The position numbers and the translations under genes were made by a program. Source: an uncultured archaeon (GTDB lineage: Archaea; Aenigmatarchaeota; Aenigmatarchaeia; GW2011-AR5). Taken from it: a stretch of 39,671 nt of DNA. A model generated the notes under the pieces. That model was not told where the DNA came from. It saw only the letters and a list, made by a program, of their open reading frames with translations, and ran no database searches. Location of the stretch: positions 1 through 39,671 of the forward strand of contig CAYJMB010000002.1 in NCBI GenBank assembly GCA_964371455.1, given 5' to 3'. Below are positions 24,448 through 33,374 of this stretch, piece by piece; the stretch's first letter is position 1; every line of letters starts with the position of its first letter.

Positions 24448-24648
24448 ATGAATAGACATATGCATGCTGCTCATATGAAAAGAGAGATCCCAGAGGCTAA
24501 GAAGATGCTTGTGCAATTAAAGAAATATGACAGAGCTCATGGTATCCCTCATGGCGACTACAGCGAAATAGAAATTGCACAAAGCGGCGTATATTTAACA
24601 AAGCCAGGCGAAAAATTGAAAATAGCTTTTCTGAAAAAGACAGGTTGA
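24448..24648 (+). CDS. Hypothetical small protein (66 aa)
   Basis: It fills the gap between nth and the Mrp-like gene on the same strand. No motif identified. Confidence 0.4.
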   Translation: MNRHMHAAHMKREIPEAKKMLVQLKKYDRAHGIPHGDYSEIEIAQSGVYLTKPGEKLKIAFLKKTG

Positions 24649-24652
24649 TTTC

Positions 24653-25435
24653 ATGCCAGAAATTCTTACTCCGATGGACAGAATGCAGCAGCAGGTTGAT
24701 AACGTTAGTGAAAACCTTCAGCGCATCCGCTATAAAGTAGCTGTGCTCAGCGGCAAAGGCGGCGTGGGCAAGACAACAATTGCTGTGAACATCGCTGCGC
24801 TGCTTGCTGCCCGCGGCTACAAAGTAGGATTGCTTGATGCAGATATTGACTGTCCGAATGTGGGGAAGATACTGGGGATTGCTGAAACCTTTGAGATTCA
24901 GGACAACAAAAAACTTGCGCCTATAGAGAAATTTGGGATAAAAATTGCCAGCATGTCGTTCTTCGGACAGCCAGAAGATGCGCCGCATATTTTCAGGGGG
25001 CCTATAATACATAGTTCCATTCTCCAGCTCCTGAGCATGACAGAGTGGGGGCTGCTGGATTTCCTCATAACAGACATGCCGCCTGGAACATCAGATGCCA
25101 CACTTACCCTGATGCAGTTTGTGCCGCTGGATGGCATTATCATAGTGACAACACCACAGGAATTGTCATTGACAGATGCAATAAAATCCGCCAATGTTGC
25201 AAGGCAATTCGGGAAAAGATTCGGGATTGCGGAAAACATGGCGGGAGATGTTTTCGGGAAGGGTGATGACAAGATAGCAAAAAAACTGGGAGCGCCGTTT
25301 CTTGGATCGGTTCCTCTCTCAAAGGACATCAGAGAGAGCTGCGATGAGCACACGCCTATCGTGCTGACAAATGAAAAGATCAGGAAAGAGTTTGAGAGAA
25401 TTGTGGAGAATTTGAGAAAGAGGGTTTTGGAATAA
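24653..25435 (+). CDS. Mrp/NBP35/ApbC-family Fe-S cluster carrier ATPase
   Basis: Deviant Walker A VLSGKGGVGKTT; LLDADI; ITDMPPGTSD. Confidence 0.85.
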   Translation: MPEILTPMDRMQQQVDNVSENLQRIRYKVAVLSGKGGVGKTTIAVNIAALLAARGYKVGLLDADIDCPNVGKILGIAETFEIQDNKKLAPIEKFGIKIASMSFFGQPEDAPHIFRGPIIHSSILQLLSMTEWGLLDFLITDMPPGTSDATLTLMQFVPLDGIIIVTTPQELSLTDAIKSANVARQFGKRFGIAENMAGDVFGKGDDKIAKKLGAPFLGSVPLSKDIRESCDEHTPIVLTNEKIRKEFERIVENLRKRVLE

Positions 25436-25436
25436 G

Positions 25437-25804
25437 ATGATTTCGATGAATAAAGTCTACATCGCTAAGACGAAAAATAAAGGGCGAGGAATTTTCGCAT
25501 CAAAGATATCAAAAGAGGCGAACTAACATTCGTTTTCAGATGCAGCATAGTCAGAGAGAGTATGCCAGACGATTAAAATGCACACTGCAGATAAGTTCTA
25601 ATAGATGGATAGACCCTGCCAAAAAATTGTTCGGCAGATTTATTAATCATTCATGCAACCCAAATACCAGAATAAAAGGACGACAAAAATTCAATAACAG
25701 ACGATGGTCCGCTCTGGAGAATACACTGTAAATGCGGGTCGAAAAATTGCAGAAAAATAATAAGAAGCATTCAATTTTTACCGCCTAATTTATTTGTGAA
25801 ATAA
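25437..25804 (+). pseudogene. SET-domain methyltransferase, three frameshifts
   Basis: The pieces lie in frames 0/2/1/2: MISMNKVYIAKTKNKGRGIFASK | DIKRGELTFVFRCSIV | LQISSNRWIDPAKKLFGRFINHSCNPN | DDGPLWRIHCKCGSKNCRKII. Together they rebuild a canonical small SET domain with post-SET Cys. Confidence 0.65.
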
Positions 25805-25909
25805 ATGCCTTTCATTCCAGAGTTTCTACAAAAATCGTATATTTACAGCCAAAAATTAAACATAAGGTGCTGACATAAATTCTTAAAGATTCTCGTCTTT
25901 TTCTCTCAT

Positions 25910-26644
25910 ATGATAGATTTTGATACGTATATGGGAACGCAGCTTGCTGGAGTGGAGCCGCTTCGAAGAGAAGAGATGGAGAATATCGAACTGCCGAATA
26001 TACAAGGCATTTTTGGCATTGCAGATAGAATCAGGGCTTACAATGATTTTATGTCTGATTATGAAGAAAAAATTCACGTAATACCATACCAAATTCAGAC
26101 AAAAAGAAATTTTCTTGCAGAACTACAGAAGGACTTAAATGCTGCTGAATATGTATTGGATGCCGGCTGTGGCATAGGACTGGACGTATGCTTCCTGCAG
26201 CTGCGGCATCCTGAGAAAAAATTCTTTGCGTATGACATGTCAAAAAAGAATGTGAAAAAAGCCAAAGAAAGAGCAAAGCAGCTGAAAGTGGCTGATAATT
26301 TTGTTGCCGCAGAACATGACACAATGCCATTCAGAATAGAACAATTTGATCTCATCTACTTTGATAATTCTCTGCTGGGAGAAAGCATGTTTCTGGATGG
26401 AATGGGAATAAGACAATTTCTTTATCAAAGGATTAGAACAATAACGGCTCATTTACGCATAGGAGGAAAAGTAGTTAATACTTATGCATTTTCTCCATAT
26501 CATGACCAGCAGCCACGTCTATGGCATTTTGATGCTGCACAAGAGGCAGGCCTTAGATACATAGGGCAGGTTACAATACGTGAGCCTGATCAAGAAAGCG
26601 ATTATGTGGGCTGTCTCATAGACAGGTTCGAAAAATCTGCATAA
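25910..26644 (+). CDS. Class I SAM-dependent methyltransferase
   Basis: Motif I VLDAGCGIGLDVCFL; FAYDMS; IYFDNS. Confidence 0.75.
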   Translation: MIDFDTYMGTQLAGVEPLRREEMENIELPNIQGIFGIADRIRAYNDFMSDYEEKIHVIPYQIQTKRNFLAELQKDLNAAEYVLDAGCGIGLDVCFLQLRHPEKKFFAYDMSKKNVKKAKERAKQLKVADNFVAAEHDTMPFRIEQFDLIYFDNSLLGESMFLDGMGIRQFLYQRIRTITAHLRIGGKVVNTYAFSPYHDQQPRLWHFDAAQEAGLRYIGQVTIREPDQESDYVGCLIDRFEKSA

Positions 26645-26648
26645 GCAA

Positions 26649-26987
26649 TTAAATTTGAATTTTGTGTCTCTTCAACTTTCTCTTCAGCAGTGCTATCAGT
26701 TGTGGGGAATTTCTTGGATAATCATCACGGATGCCAAGCACTTTTATTTTTTTGTTGATGCCAGGAATATATTTGAACTTCTCAAGGAGAAAGGATTTCT
26801 GGCCTTCGTCTTTTTCGTTCATGACAAAAATAATGTCTGCCCAGTTCGCAAGCTTCTCGTCAACTTTGACAGTGGAGAGGAACCCTAACCCGGCAGATTT
26901 TGCCTTATGATTTTTGCTGTGCTTGAACAACTGCTCTGCTGTGACGCTGCGGTTCATGTGAGCTGTGCAGACAAAGAGGAGTTTCAT
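26649..26987 (-). CDS. Low-molecular-weight phosphotyrosine phosphatase-like protein (short form)
   Basis: P-loop FVCTAHMNRS (CX5RS) near the N-terminus; candidate general acid in GIRDDY. Confidence 0.7.
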   Translation of the reverse strand: MKLLFVCTAHMNRSVTAEQLFKHSKNHKAKSAGLGFLSTVKVDEKLANWADIIFVMNEKDEGQKSFLLEKFKYIPGINKKIKVLGIRDDYPRNSPQLIALLKRKLKRHKIQI

Positions 26988-27122
26988 GAGAAATTACTGT
27001 AATTCTGAGTTTAAGAAATCAGTTAGTTTACTAACTTTTCCAATGGCATTTTTTTCCGATGGCACTTCCGATTTTGAAACCAACAACCGATAGTTTTATT
27101 AAGGTTGCCGTATTTCAATAGC

Positions 27123-27365
27123 ATGATAAAAATGTCTAGACGAAAAAGTGCAGAAACTGTTGTTTCAGAAGTGCTTCAAGAAGGAACAAATTACCCAGAA
27201 CTAGGAATATACAGAGGCGCTATTTCACTAGAATGTTATGCTGTCGGTAAAAAAGAGCCATCTACATCAGAAACCCGCTATACATTTGATGACGGCAAAG
27301 GTTATCCAATGCTAACAGCTGAGGAAGTCTGCAAGAAACTGCATTTGCGGGTATCAGCGAAATGA
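27123..27365 (+). CDS. Hypothetical protein
   Basis: ORF-track frame 27105..27365 (TTG start); first ATG at 27123. No motif identified. Confidence 0.35.
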   Translation: MIKMSRRKSAETVVSEVLQEGTNYPELGIYRGAISLECYAVGKKEPSTSETRYTFDDGKGYPMLTAEEVCKKLHLRVSAK

Positions 27366-27959
27366 TTTCCCGCAGCCGCAGCTTGCTTTCTCGTTGGGAT
27401 TGGAGATCTTGAAGCCTGCGCCTTGCAGGGATTCTACATAATCAACAGTCACGTTCTGGAGCATATTTGCGCTTTCCTGGTCGATGAAAACACGGACGCC
27501 GTGCTGGTCGATAACAACGTCGTCGTCACCCCTGATCTTCTCAAAATCCATGTTGTACATATAACCTGAGCAGCCTCCGCGAACGACGCCTATGCGCAGG
27601 CCATAACCTTTCTTGCCCTGCTGCTCTGCAAGATAGCGGACCTTGTCTGCGGCCAGCTGTGTGAGTTCGATAGAGAAATCAGCATGTTCAGAGCCAGCTT
27701 CTGCGTGCTCGTTTTCGGCTAGCGCAGGCTGAGAAGACTTTTTTGCAATGTAATCATTAATTTCCTGCACCATCATGTCAATCTCCCCGTCAGGAATGCC
27801 ATGTCCCCTTGCTCCCATCTCCACGCTCTCAAATGTATTGACAGAGCAGCCGAAGCAGTGCAGGCCGTGAGACATCATGATCTCTGCTGTGTCCGGGTAC
27901 TTCTCGATGACTTCGCCGACGGTCATGTCCTTGGTTACGAATATGATTTGCTGGTCCAT
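27354..27959 (-). CDS. Fusion protein: DUF1858-like redox-disulfide domain plus HesB/IscA-type Fe-S scaffold
   Basis: N-terminal domain: ITKDMTVGEVIEKYPDTAEIMMSHGLHCFGCSV...ESVEMGARGHGI. An acidic linker follows. C-terminal IscA domain: GLRIGVVRGGCSGYMY...SCGCGKSF. Confidence 0.8.
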   Translation of the reverse strand: MDQQIIFVTKDMTVGEVIEKYPDTAEIMMSHGLHCFGCSVNTFESVEMGARGHGIPDGEIDMMVQEINDYIAKKSSQPALAENEHAEAGSEHADFSIELTQLAADKVRYLAEQQGKKGYGLRIGVVRGGCSGYMYNMDFEKIRGDDDVVIDQHGVRVFIDQESANMLQNVTVDYVESLQGAGFKISNPNEKASCGCGKSFR

Positions 27960-28139
27960 AAGGATCACTATATTTAACTTCAATAGATGGATTTAAATTG
28001 GTTTTTCTCTTCTTGCTGCCGGCTCTTATGCGCATGCTTTGTTAACGCAACGAATTTGGGCGTAATCTCAGGTTATCGAGTTGTTGGCATAGTGCGTCCA
28101 AGGCTCTCTCTTCTCTGGTGAGACAACCTTCAGAGTGCA

Positions 28140-28394
28140 CTAAACAATCTTCTCGCCTGTTTCTTTGTTTATGATGTGTATGACAACTGCCGGGCAGCCT
28201 TCTGCTGCCTGCTTGTTGATTTCCAAGTCTTTTTCGTCTATCTCCCTTTCAAACTGGCCTTCTGCTACTTCTTTGCCGTCCACAAGATCAGCTTTGCCAT
28301 CCTGGTTCATGACCCAATGATCTGGCGCTACGGCTGCGCAGACACCGGCGCCGATGCAGCCGTTTCTGTCGTATTGGATAATATATTTTCCCAT
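28140..28394 (-). CDS. Small mono-cluster ferredoxin
   Basis: YDRNGCIGAGVCAAVAPDHW...AAEGCPAVVIHI, the pattern of single-cluster Fer4_15-like ferredoxins. Confidence 0.8.
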   Translation of the reverse strand: MGKYIIQYDRNGCIGAGVCAAVAPDHWVMNQDGKADLVDGKEVAEGQFEREIDEKDLEINKQAAEGCPAVVIHIINKETGEKIV

Positions 28395-28473
28395 TGTTTT
28401 ACCTACTCACGAAATATATTTAAAACGACTTGAAATTGCAGCACAAATAAAAAGGAAACGGTTAATGCAGGAT

Positions 28474-31400
28474 TTAATGACCTGAACATCCGCAGCCTCC
28501 ACCACCACAGCCGCACGTTCCATGATCAGAAGCTTTATCTTGAATAACTGTGAGAGATGTCTCTTTTCTTTTTGCGAGCTCCTGGGCTGCTGCCTGCTTG
28601 ATATCGTCAACGCTGCAGCAGTCTCCAGCAAGAGCACCGCCGCTTGCCGGGTGGCTCATTGTAGGTTTCTTTGGGAAGTGAGAAACTCCAGACTTGCCTG
28701 CACCTGCGGGCATAGGGAATGTGATGGCAGGTTCTTCGGCATTTGCAACTTCTTCGTCTCCCCAGTCTGCTTCAAAGTACTGGCGCGTCTTGAACTTGCG
28801 GTGCTTGTCAAAATTCGCTTTGATCGCGAGCATCTCCTCTTTTGTAAGCCTGCGGTGGTACTTGTCCTTTGAGAGCTGCTTGCCTGTTTTCTTCTCCCAC
28901 TCTGAGAACGGAATGGAGAATTTTCTCTGTATGCGGTCTCTATACAATTCAGGGATAACGTTGAATGTGCAGAACGGAATAACGCGGCCGTCAGGAGTTG
29001 CGTAGTGAATATCACACTTGTGTATGCGGTCTATATCCCAGTTGAACGGGTCCTGGAAGTGCATCATACCGATGAATAAAGAATTCTTGTGGAAGTCTGC
29101 GAGACCGTGATAGTTGCCGCCCTGCATGGCTCCTGTGAGCATGCGGACGAACTTCAGATTCTTTGGCTTGTGCTCTTCGTCAACATACTTGCGGATGTTC
29201 CACATAAGCTTTGCCAATACCCAGGATTTTCGCATCTTCTTGTATTTGGCATTGTTGATCTCTCGCGTCAGTTCACCGAGATAGTCAAAGAAGCCATCAA
29301 TGTCAAAGAAGCGCGTAATAGGGACGAGCTTCATGTTATCGCCATCACCGTCTTTGAAAACATACGTTGCCATGCCGCAGGCGAAGTGGATAGAAAGACG
29401 ATACTTAGGCTCATCTTTCAGGGCTTCCACGAAATCTGTGACCTGCTTTGCGCATGGCACAGGGAAGAAATCCTCGCGCCCGACCTGGCCGTCTGTCTGC
29501 TCTTCAATACGCTTGATTGCTCCAGGGATTGTAATCCTCTGTCTCTTTCTTAGCTGGTCTGGCATTCTGCCGACAAGAGAGACAGGCTGGAAATTGACAG
29601 AGCGCACTGTGTCAATATTGCCCGCGCCAAACCGGATGATGTCACCGAGCTCGTGGTCATTTACACCGCCTATGACTGTCGGCACAAGCACAACGCCAAG
29701 GCCGGCTTGCCTGCAGGACTCAATGGCTGACTGGGCTTCCCAATAGTTTTTTGGATTTGTTTCAGGCGCCATACCATCAAAGCTCATGTAGAGATTGTTC
29801 ACACCTGCTTCACGGATTTTTTTTGCAAGTTCAGGGTCTTTGGCAAGATTTACTCCATTCGTATTGAGCTGGACGTGGTCGTATCCAATTTCTTTGGCAG
29901 CTCTGATAATATCAGGAAGATCTTCACGCAAAGTTGGCTCGCCGCCTGTGATCTGCACTGCATTGGCACCGACAGGCTTGATATTTCTCATCCTGCGCAG
30001 CATGAATTTTATCTGGTCCATGCTGGGCTCATAAATAGGCTCGCCTTCTTTTGCATAAAAGAAGCAGTTGCTTACAAGGATCCCGTCACCTGCCAAAAAC
30101 ACATGTTCCATATTCTCTACTTCAATATCGTACACATATTCTTCTGTTTGTCTTGCCAGAATTTCCTTTACTTCATCTACAACAAAGTCTCCAATCCTTT
30201 CGATCCTTGCCCCTCTTCGTGGCGTAAGCCCGAGAAGCCTGGCTTTGTGGCCTTGCCGAAGGTCCAAAGCAGCAGCGAGTTTTTCCATGTCTTTGCCCGA
30301 TACATAAATCTTGTGCAAGTCATAGTTTGCGCCTTTTATCTTTTCTTTGGGAACTGTATAGATGCGGCAGAATACACCCAGCGAAGACAGCAAATACATG
30401 ACATCTCTTGCCAATCCTCTGGAAACAGTTGCCAGTCCCATGCTGGCATGCCTTTTCCCGCGCGTAACAAAACCATCTCCATTAAACAGGCCGCTTAACA
30501 GTGCTGTCTTTAATGCGTAAGGCATGCCAAAAAACATCTTTGGAACCCTTTTTCCTGAAGCTTTCTCAGGAATGCCTAATACATACTTGAAGACAAGTCT
30601 CATATTCCTGGAACCAATTACGATCTGCGGTGCCTTGCCATACTTTTCAAGATTAAGAGTACTGTACTGAAGACCCAGCCTCTTTATGCAGTCTATAATT
30701 TCGACTGCATGCATTTTGTCCTTGCATGTTATGCGCAGGTCTTTGTATGTGTAGTGCCCGTTGGCAATAAAGTAGCCTATAATTTTTGCCAAGTCCTTGC
30801 TTGTTTTCAGCCTTCTAGGAAGTTTTTCCTTGGTTGCATCCCTTCCAAAAGTAACTTCATGATTTGTGTCCGGCAGTTTGTAAAATTCAGAAAGCGGCAT
30901 AGTATCCCGTGATCGCCAGCTATAGAAAAGCCCGCCTGAAGTACCTGTCAGGGCAGCTCTCACATTGTGGACATATATTTTTTGTTTTTCCACGTCAGGA
31001 ATAGCTGAAAATGCTTCAAGAAGGTCTATCTCAATCTCGTGTGCAGCGGGCAGAGCCGCGCCTGCCAACAGTTTATCGCCGATTTTTAATTCGCTGGCCG
31101 GCTTCTTTAAAAGGTCCTTGCCGTCTAACATCGCAAGCATGTGTTCTGGCGTGACTTTGATGCGCCTTCCCGTCTTTGTTCTGACCTCCAATAAAGAGCC
31201 TTTGTACGGCCTTGTGAAAACTTTTTTTATTTTTGCCCATGTCGCAATACCTGAGCTGAATGTCAGGGTTTCTGTGCCATCCAAATATGCGAATTCGCCT
31301 TCGATATCGTTAATTTTGATTTTTGTGGGCTGACTGCCCGGTATATTTAACAATGTCTCTATTTTCTCAAGAGACACTACCCCATTTCTTCTGACTATCA

Positions 31401-31914
31401 ATTCCTCTTCCCCCGGGAGACAATACCAACAAGTCAAGTCGCAGCGGTTTGTAATTACGATGTTGCCCAGTCCTGTATGGGACTCATGTTCAACACAAAG
31501 GCCGCAATCAGTGGGGCAATCAATATCAAACTTGCTCTTGTCTATGTGCGGATTGAGAATCTTGATTCCAGGGTCCTGGAAGCGCTCTGCTTTCTTAAAC
31601 ATCTCGTAGTCAGACCAGTAGAGCTCCTTGGTCACGCCGTGCTCTACGCAACTCTTGATGACCCATACTTTGTTGTTGCGGGCATATGTGACTGCGTCGA
31701 TCTTAATCCTGTCCCATTTTTCCTCGTCCACGCATCCCGGGCACAGGCTCTGGTGAAATTTCAGGACAAGAGTATCTGCGGGTAAAAGAGAAAGAAGAGC
31801 CTGTTTTCTTTCATGAGTGAAATTCTTAACATAGGGCGATGTCGGGACAATTTCGATATTCTGTGTAACTTCTTTCGGGTCGTGTGTAATAGCTTGCGGG
31901 TATGCATTTACCAT
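28474..31914 (-). CDS. Radical SAM enzyme of the MJ0619/Tes (tetraether lipid synthase)-like family, interrupted by an intein
   Basis: N-terminal zinc-ribbon pattern SLCPGC...SCVEHG. Second Cys site CPTDCGLCVEHESHTG. Radical SAM motif NRCDLTCWY-C, split by the intein. GGEPTL SAM-binding block downstream. SD GGAGGT lies 7 nt before ATG 31914; the alternative upstream ATG is 31953. Confidence 0.8.
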   Translation of the reverse strand: MVNAYPQAITHDPKEVTQNIEIVPTSPYVKNFTHERKQALLSLLPADTLVLKFHQSLCPGCVDEEKWDRIKIDAVTYARNNKVWVIKSCVEHGVTKELYWSDYEMFKKAERFQDPGIKILNPHIDKSKFDIDCPTDCGLCVEHESHTGLGNIVITNRCDLTCWYCLPGEEELIVRRNGVVSLEKIETLLNIPGSQPTKIKINDIEGEFAYLDGTETLTFSSGIATWAKIKKVFTRPYKGSLLEVRTKTGRRIKVTPEHMLAMLDGKDLLKKPASELKIGDKLLAGAALPAAHEIEIDLLEAFSAIPDVEKQKIYVHNVRAALTGTSGGLFYSWRSRDTMPLSEFYKLPDTNHEVTFGRDATKEKLPRRLKTSKDLAKIIGYFIANGHYTYKDLRITCKDKMHAVEIIDCIKRLGLQYSTLNLEKYGKAPQIVIGSRNMRLVFKYVLGIPEKASGKRVPKMFFGMPYALKTALLSGLFNGDGFVTRGKRHASMGLATVSRGLARDVMYLLSSLGVFCRIYTVPKEKIKGANYDLHKIYVSGKDMEKLAAALDLRQGHKARLLGLTPRRGARIERIGDFVVDEVKEILARQTEEYVYDIEVENMEHVFLAGDGILVSNCFFYAKEGEPIYEPSMDQIKFMLRRMRNIKPVGANAVQITGGEPTLREDLPDIIRAAKEIGYDHVQLNTNGVNLAKDPELAKKIREAGVNNLYMSFDGMAPETNPKNYWEAQSAIESCRQAGLGVVLVPTVIGGVNDHELGDIIRFGAGNIDTVRSVNFQPVSLVGRMPDQLRKRQRITIPGAIKRIEEQTDGQVGREDFFPVPCAKQVTDFVEALKDEPKYRLSIHFACGMATYVFKDGDGDNMKLVPITRFFDIDGFFDYLGELTREINNAKYKKMRKSWVLAKLMWNIRKYVDEEHKPKNLKFVRMLTGAMQGGNYHGLADFHKNSLFIGMMHFQDPFNWDIDRIHKCDIHYATPDGRVIPFCTFNVIPELYRDRIQRKFSIPFSEWEKKTGKQLSKDKYHRRLTKEEMLAIKANFDKHRKFKTRQYFEADWGDEEVANAEEPAITFPMPAGAGKSGVSHFPKKPTMSHPASGGALAGDCCSVDDIKQAAAQELAKRKETSLTVIQDKASDHGTCGCGGGGCGCSGH
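30067..31422 (-). mobile_element. Intein (452 aa) with LAGLIDADG homing-endonuclease domain
   Basis: It starts with Cys (CLPGEEELIV) and has block B VTPEHML, LAGLIDADG motifs IIGYFIANGHY and LLSGLFNGDGFV, and block G GDGILVSN, followed by +1 Cys (CFFYAKEG). Excision restores CDLTCWYC. Confidence 0.85.
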
Positions 31915-32252
31915 CTGGATACCTCCTGTTCTGCAATACGCCTTCGGCGCCATACTTGTTTGCGATTAAATCCATGACTCTGCCATATAAACTTTTAGCG
32001 ATTTCTAAAAGTTATAAATGTATTAGCGTGAATGATATTTAAAGGTTGATGTGTCGGTGGGGAGACATATCATTCATGATTTTGTTGAAGTTTTTCAATG
32101 TCTTTACGTAATTCAAGCAAATAAGGAGTCACTACAGCTGCTGCTGAGATTGGTCTTCCCACAAAACGCCTCCAGAACTCAGTCCAATGTTCAGTAGCAT
32201 ATTCGAATAGTACCATTATAATCCTTTTAACCCTTTCCTCTAATTAATCTGC

Positions 32253-32711
32253 ATGCCAGACGGAGATGTGAACAAAAAGATATTTGCGACGTTTGCCAGC
32301 GTGGCATCGGCGCTGGGATTCAGCGAGGTGCACGGCATGATCATAGGCGCGATTCTTGTTGCGAACAGGCCGCTCTCGCTGCAGGAAATTGCCAAGAGGA
32401 CAGGGTACTCCTTGTCATCGATTTCTATATCCATTGACCTACTTGAGTTAGTCGGGATTGTGCGAAAAATCAAAAACCTCGGTGACCGCAAAATTTATGT
32501 CAAGCTTGAGGGGGATCTTATTGAGAGCCTGAAGAAGGCATTCATGCTGAAAATACAGAAAGAGATGTTCCTCACCAAGATGGAGCTGGAAAAATACAAG
32601 GCAGGCACCAAAGATACAAACATGAAAAGAACCATAGAAGTTTTGCAGCACGAAGTTAACAGGCTACAGAATTATATCAACAGAATGGCTGAGGTTGAGA
32701 TACCGAAGTGA
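32253..32711 (+). CDS. MarR/GbsR-like winged-helix transcriptional regulator
   Basis: wHTH LSLQEIAKRTGYSLSSISISIDLLELVGIVRKI followed by a coiled-coil tail. Confidence 0.65.
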   Translation: MPDGDVNKKIFATFASVASALGFSEVHGMIIGAILVANRPLSLQEIAKRTGYSLSSISISIDLLELVGIVRKIKNLGDRKIYVKLEGDLIESLKKAFMLKIQKEMFLTKMELEKYKAGTKDTNMKRTIEVLQHEVNRLQNYINRMAEVEIPK

Positions 32712-32713
32712 GG

Positions 32714-33307
32714 CTATTTTCTTATCAGAATATCTACTATTTTTCTGAAGTCTTCCATGCCCTTAAAGACAAAAGCTTGCATACCTGCGTTAGCTGCGGC
32801 TTTGACATGCTGTGTGTCATCATCAAAAAATACCATCTCATGCGGCTCAAGCCCTAAAATGCCGATAATAAATCTGAACACTTTCTCATCAGGCTTCGTC
32901 GCTCCTATTTCATGCGATGCGATTATGAAATCGAACAATTTATCCAGAGAAAGCTTCCTGATCATGTAATCCATCCTGTACTTTTCGTTATTGGTGCACA
33001 GAACTAACTTGATATTTCTGTTTCTCAGCTGTTTAACAACCTCTAACATCTCTTGGTTGGCAGTCCCATCGTCAAACCAGTATTCAAGCAGGGCATTTAT
33101 TCCCTTCTTCCACTCCCATTTTCTGATGTAAAGCTTCAGCACTTCTTTCATATCTTTTTTGCCTTCAAGGCATTCCTGAAAATGTCTGTGGAAAAAATCT
33201 TCTATTTCACTGAGAGGCATATCAAAATCCTTGCTGAAACGCCTGCTAAAGAGGTCACTTTCAAAATACAGAACGCCATCGAAGTCGAGTACAACGGCTT
33301 TGATCAT
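32714..33307 (-). CDS. HAD-superfamily hydrolase
   Basis: Motif I VVLDFDGVL, motif II VLCTNN, motif III ATKPD, motif IV FFDDD. The likely start is MIKAVV (ATG 33307). Confidence 0.8.
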   Translation of the reverse strand: MIKAVVLDFDGVLYFESDLFSRRFSKDFDMPLSEIEDFFHRHFQECLEGKKDMKEVLKLYIRKWEWKKGINALLEYWFDDGTANQEMLEVVKQLRNRNIKLVLCTNNEKYRMDYMIRKLSLDKLFDFIIASHEIGATKPDEKVFRFIIGILGLEPHEMVFFDDDTQHVKAAANAGMQAFVFKGMEDFRKIVDILIRK

Positions 33308-33374
33308 AGTTATAGCTGCAGATAAACTATTTAATCTGGTTTTATTGTAATAATAGCAGCAAGGTGTTTTCAGA

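Noticed and set aside
28522-31785. Multiple 79-207 aa plus-strand ORFs inside the radical SAM/intein gene (for example 29875..30498)
   Set aside because: They are antisense to a long gene with clear motifs and have no motifs or SDs. Such ORFs are expected by chance opposite a 3.4-kb ORF.
32070-32216. 48-aa minus-strand ORF (MVLFEYATEHWTEFWRRFVGRPISAAAVVTPYLLELRKDIEKLQQNHE) in the gap upstream of the radical SAM gene
   Set aside because: It has no SD and no motif, and it lies in an AT-rich intergenic region. It could be real, but the evidence is too weak to list as a feature.
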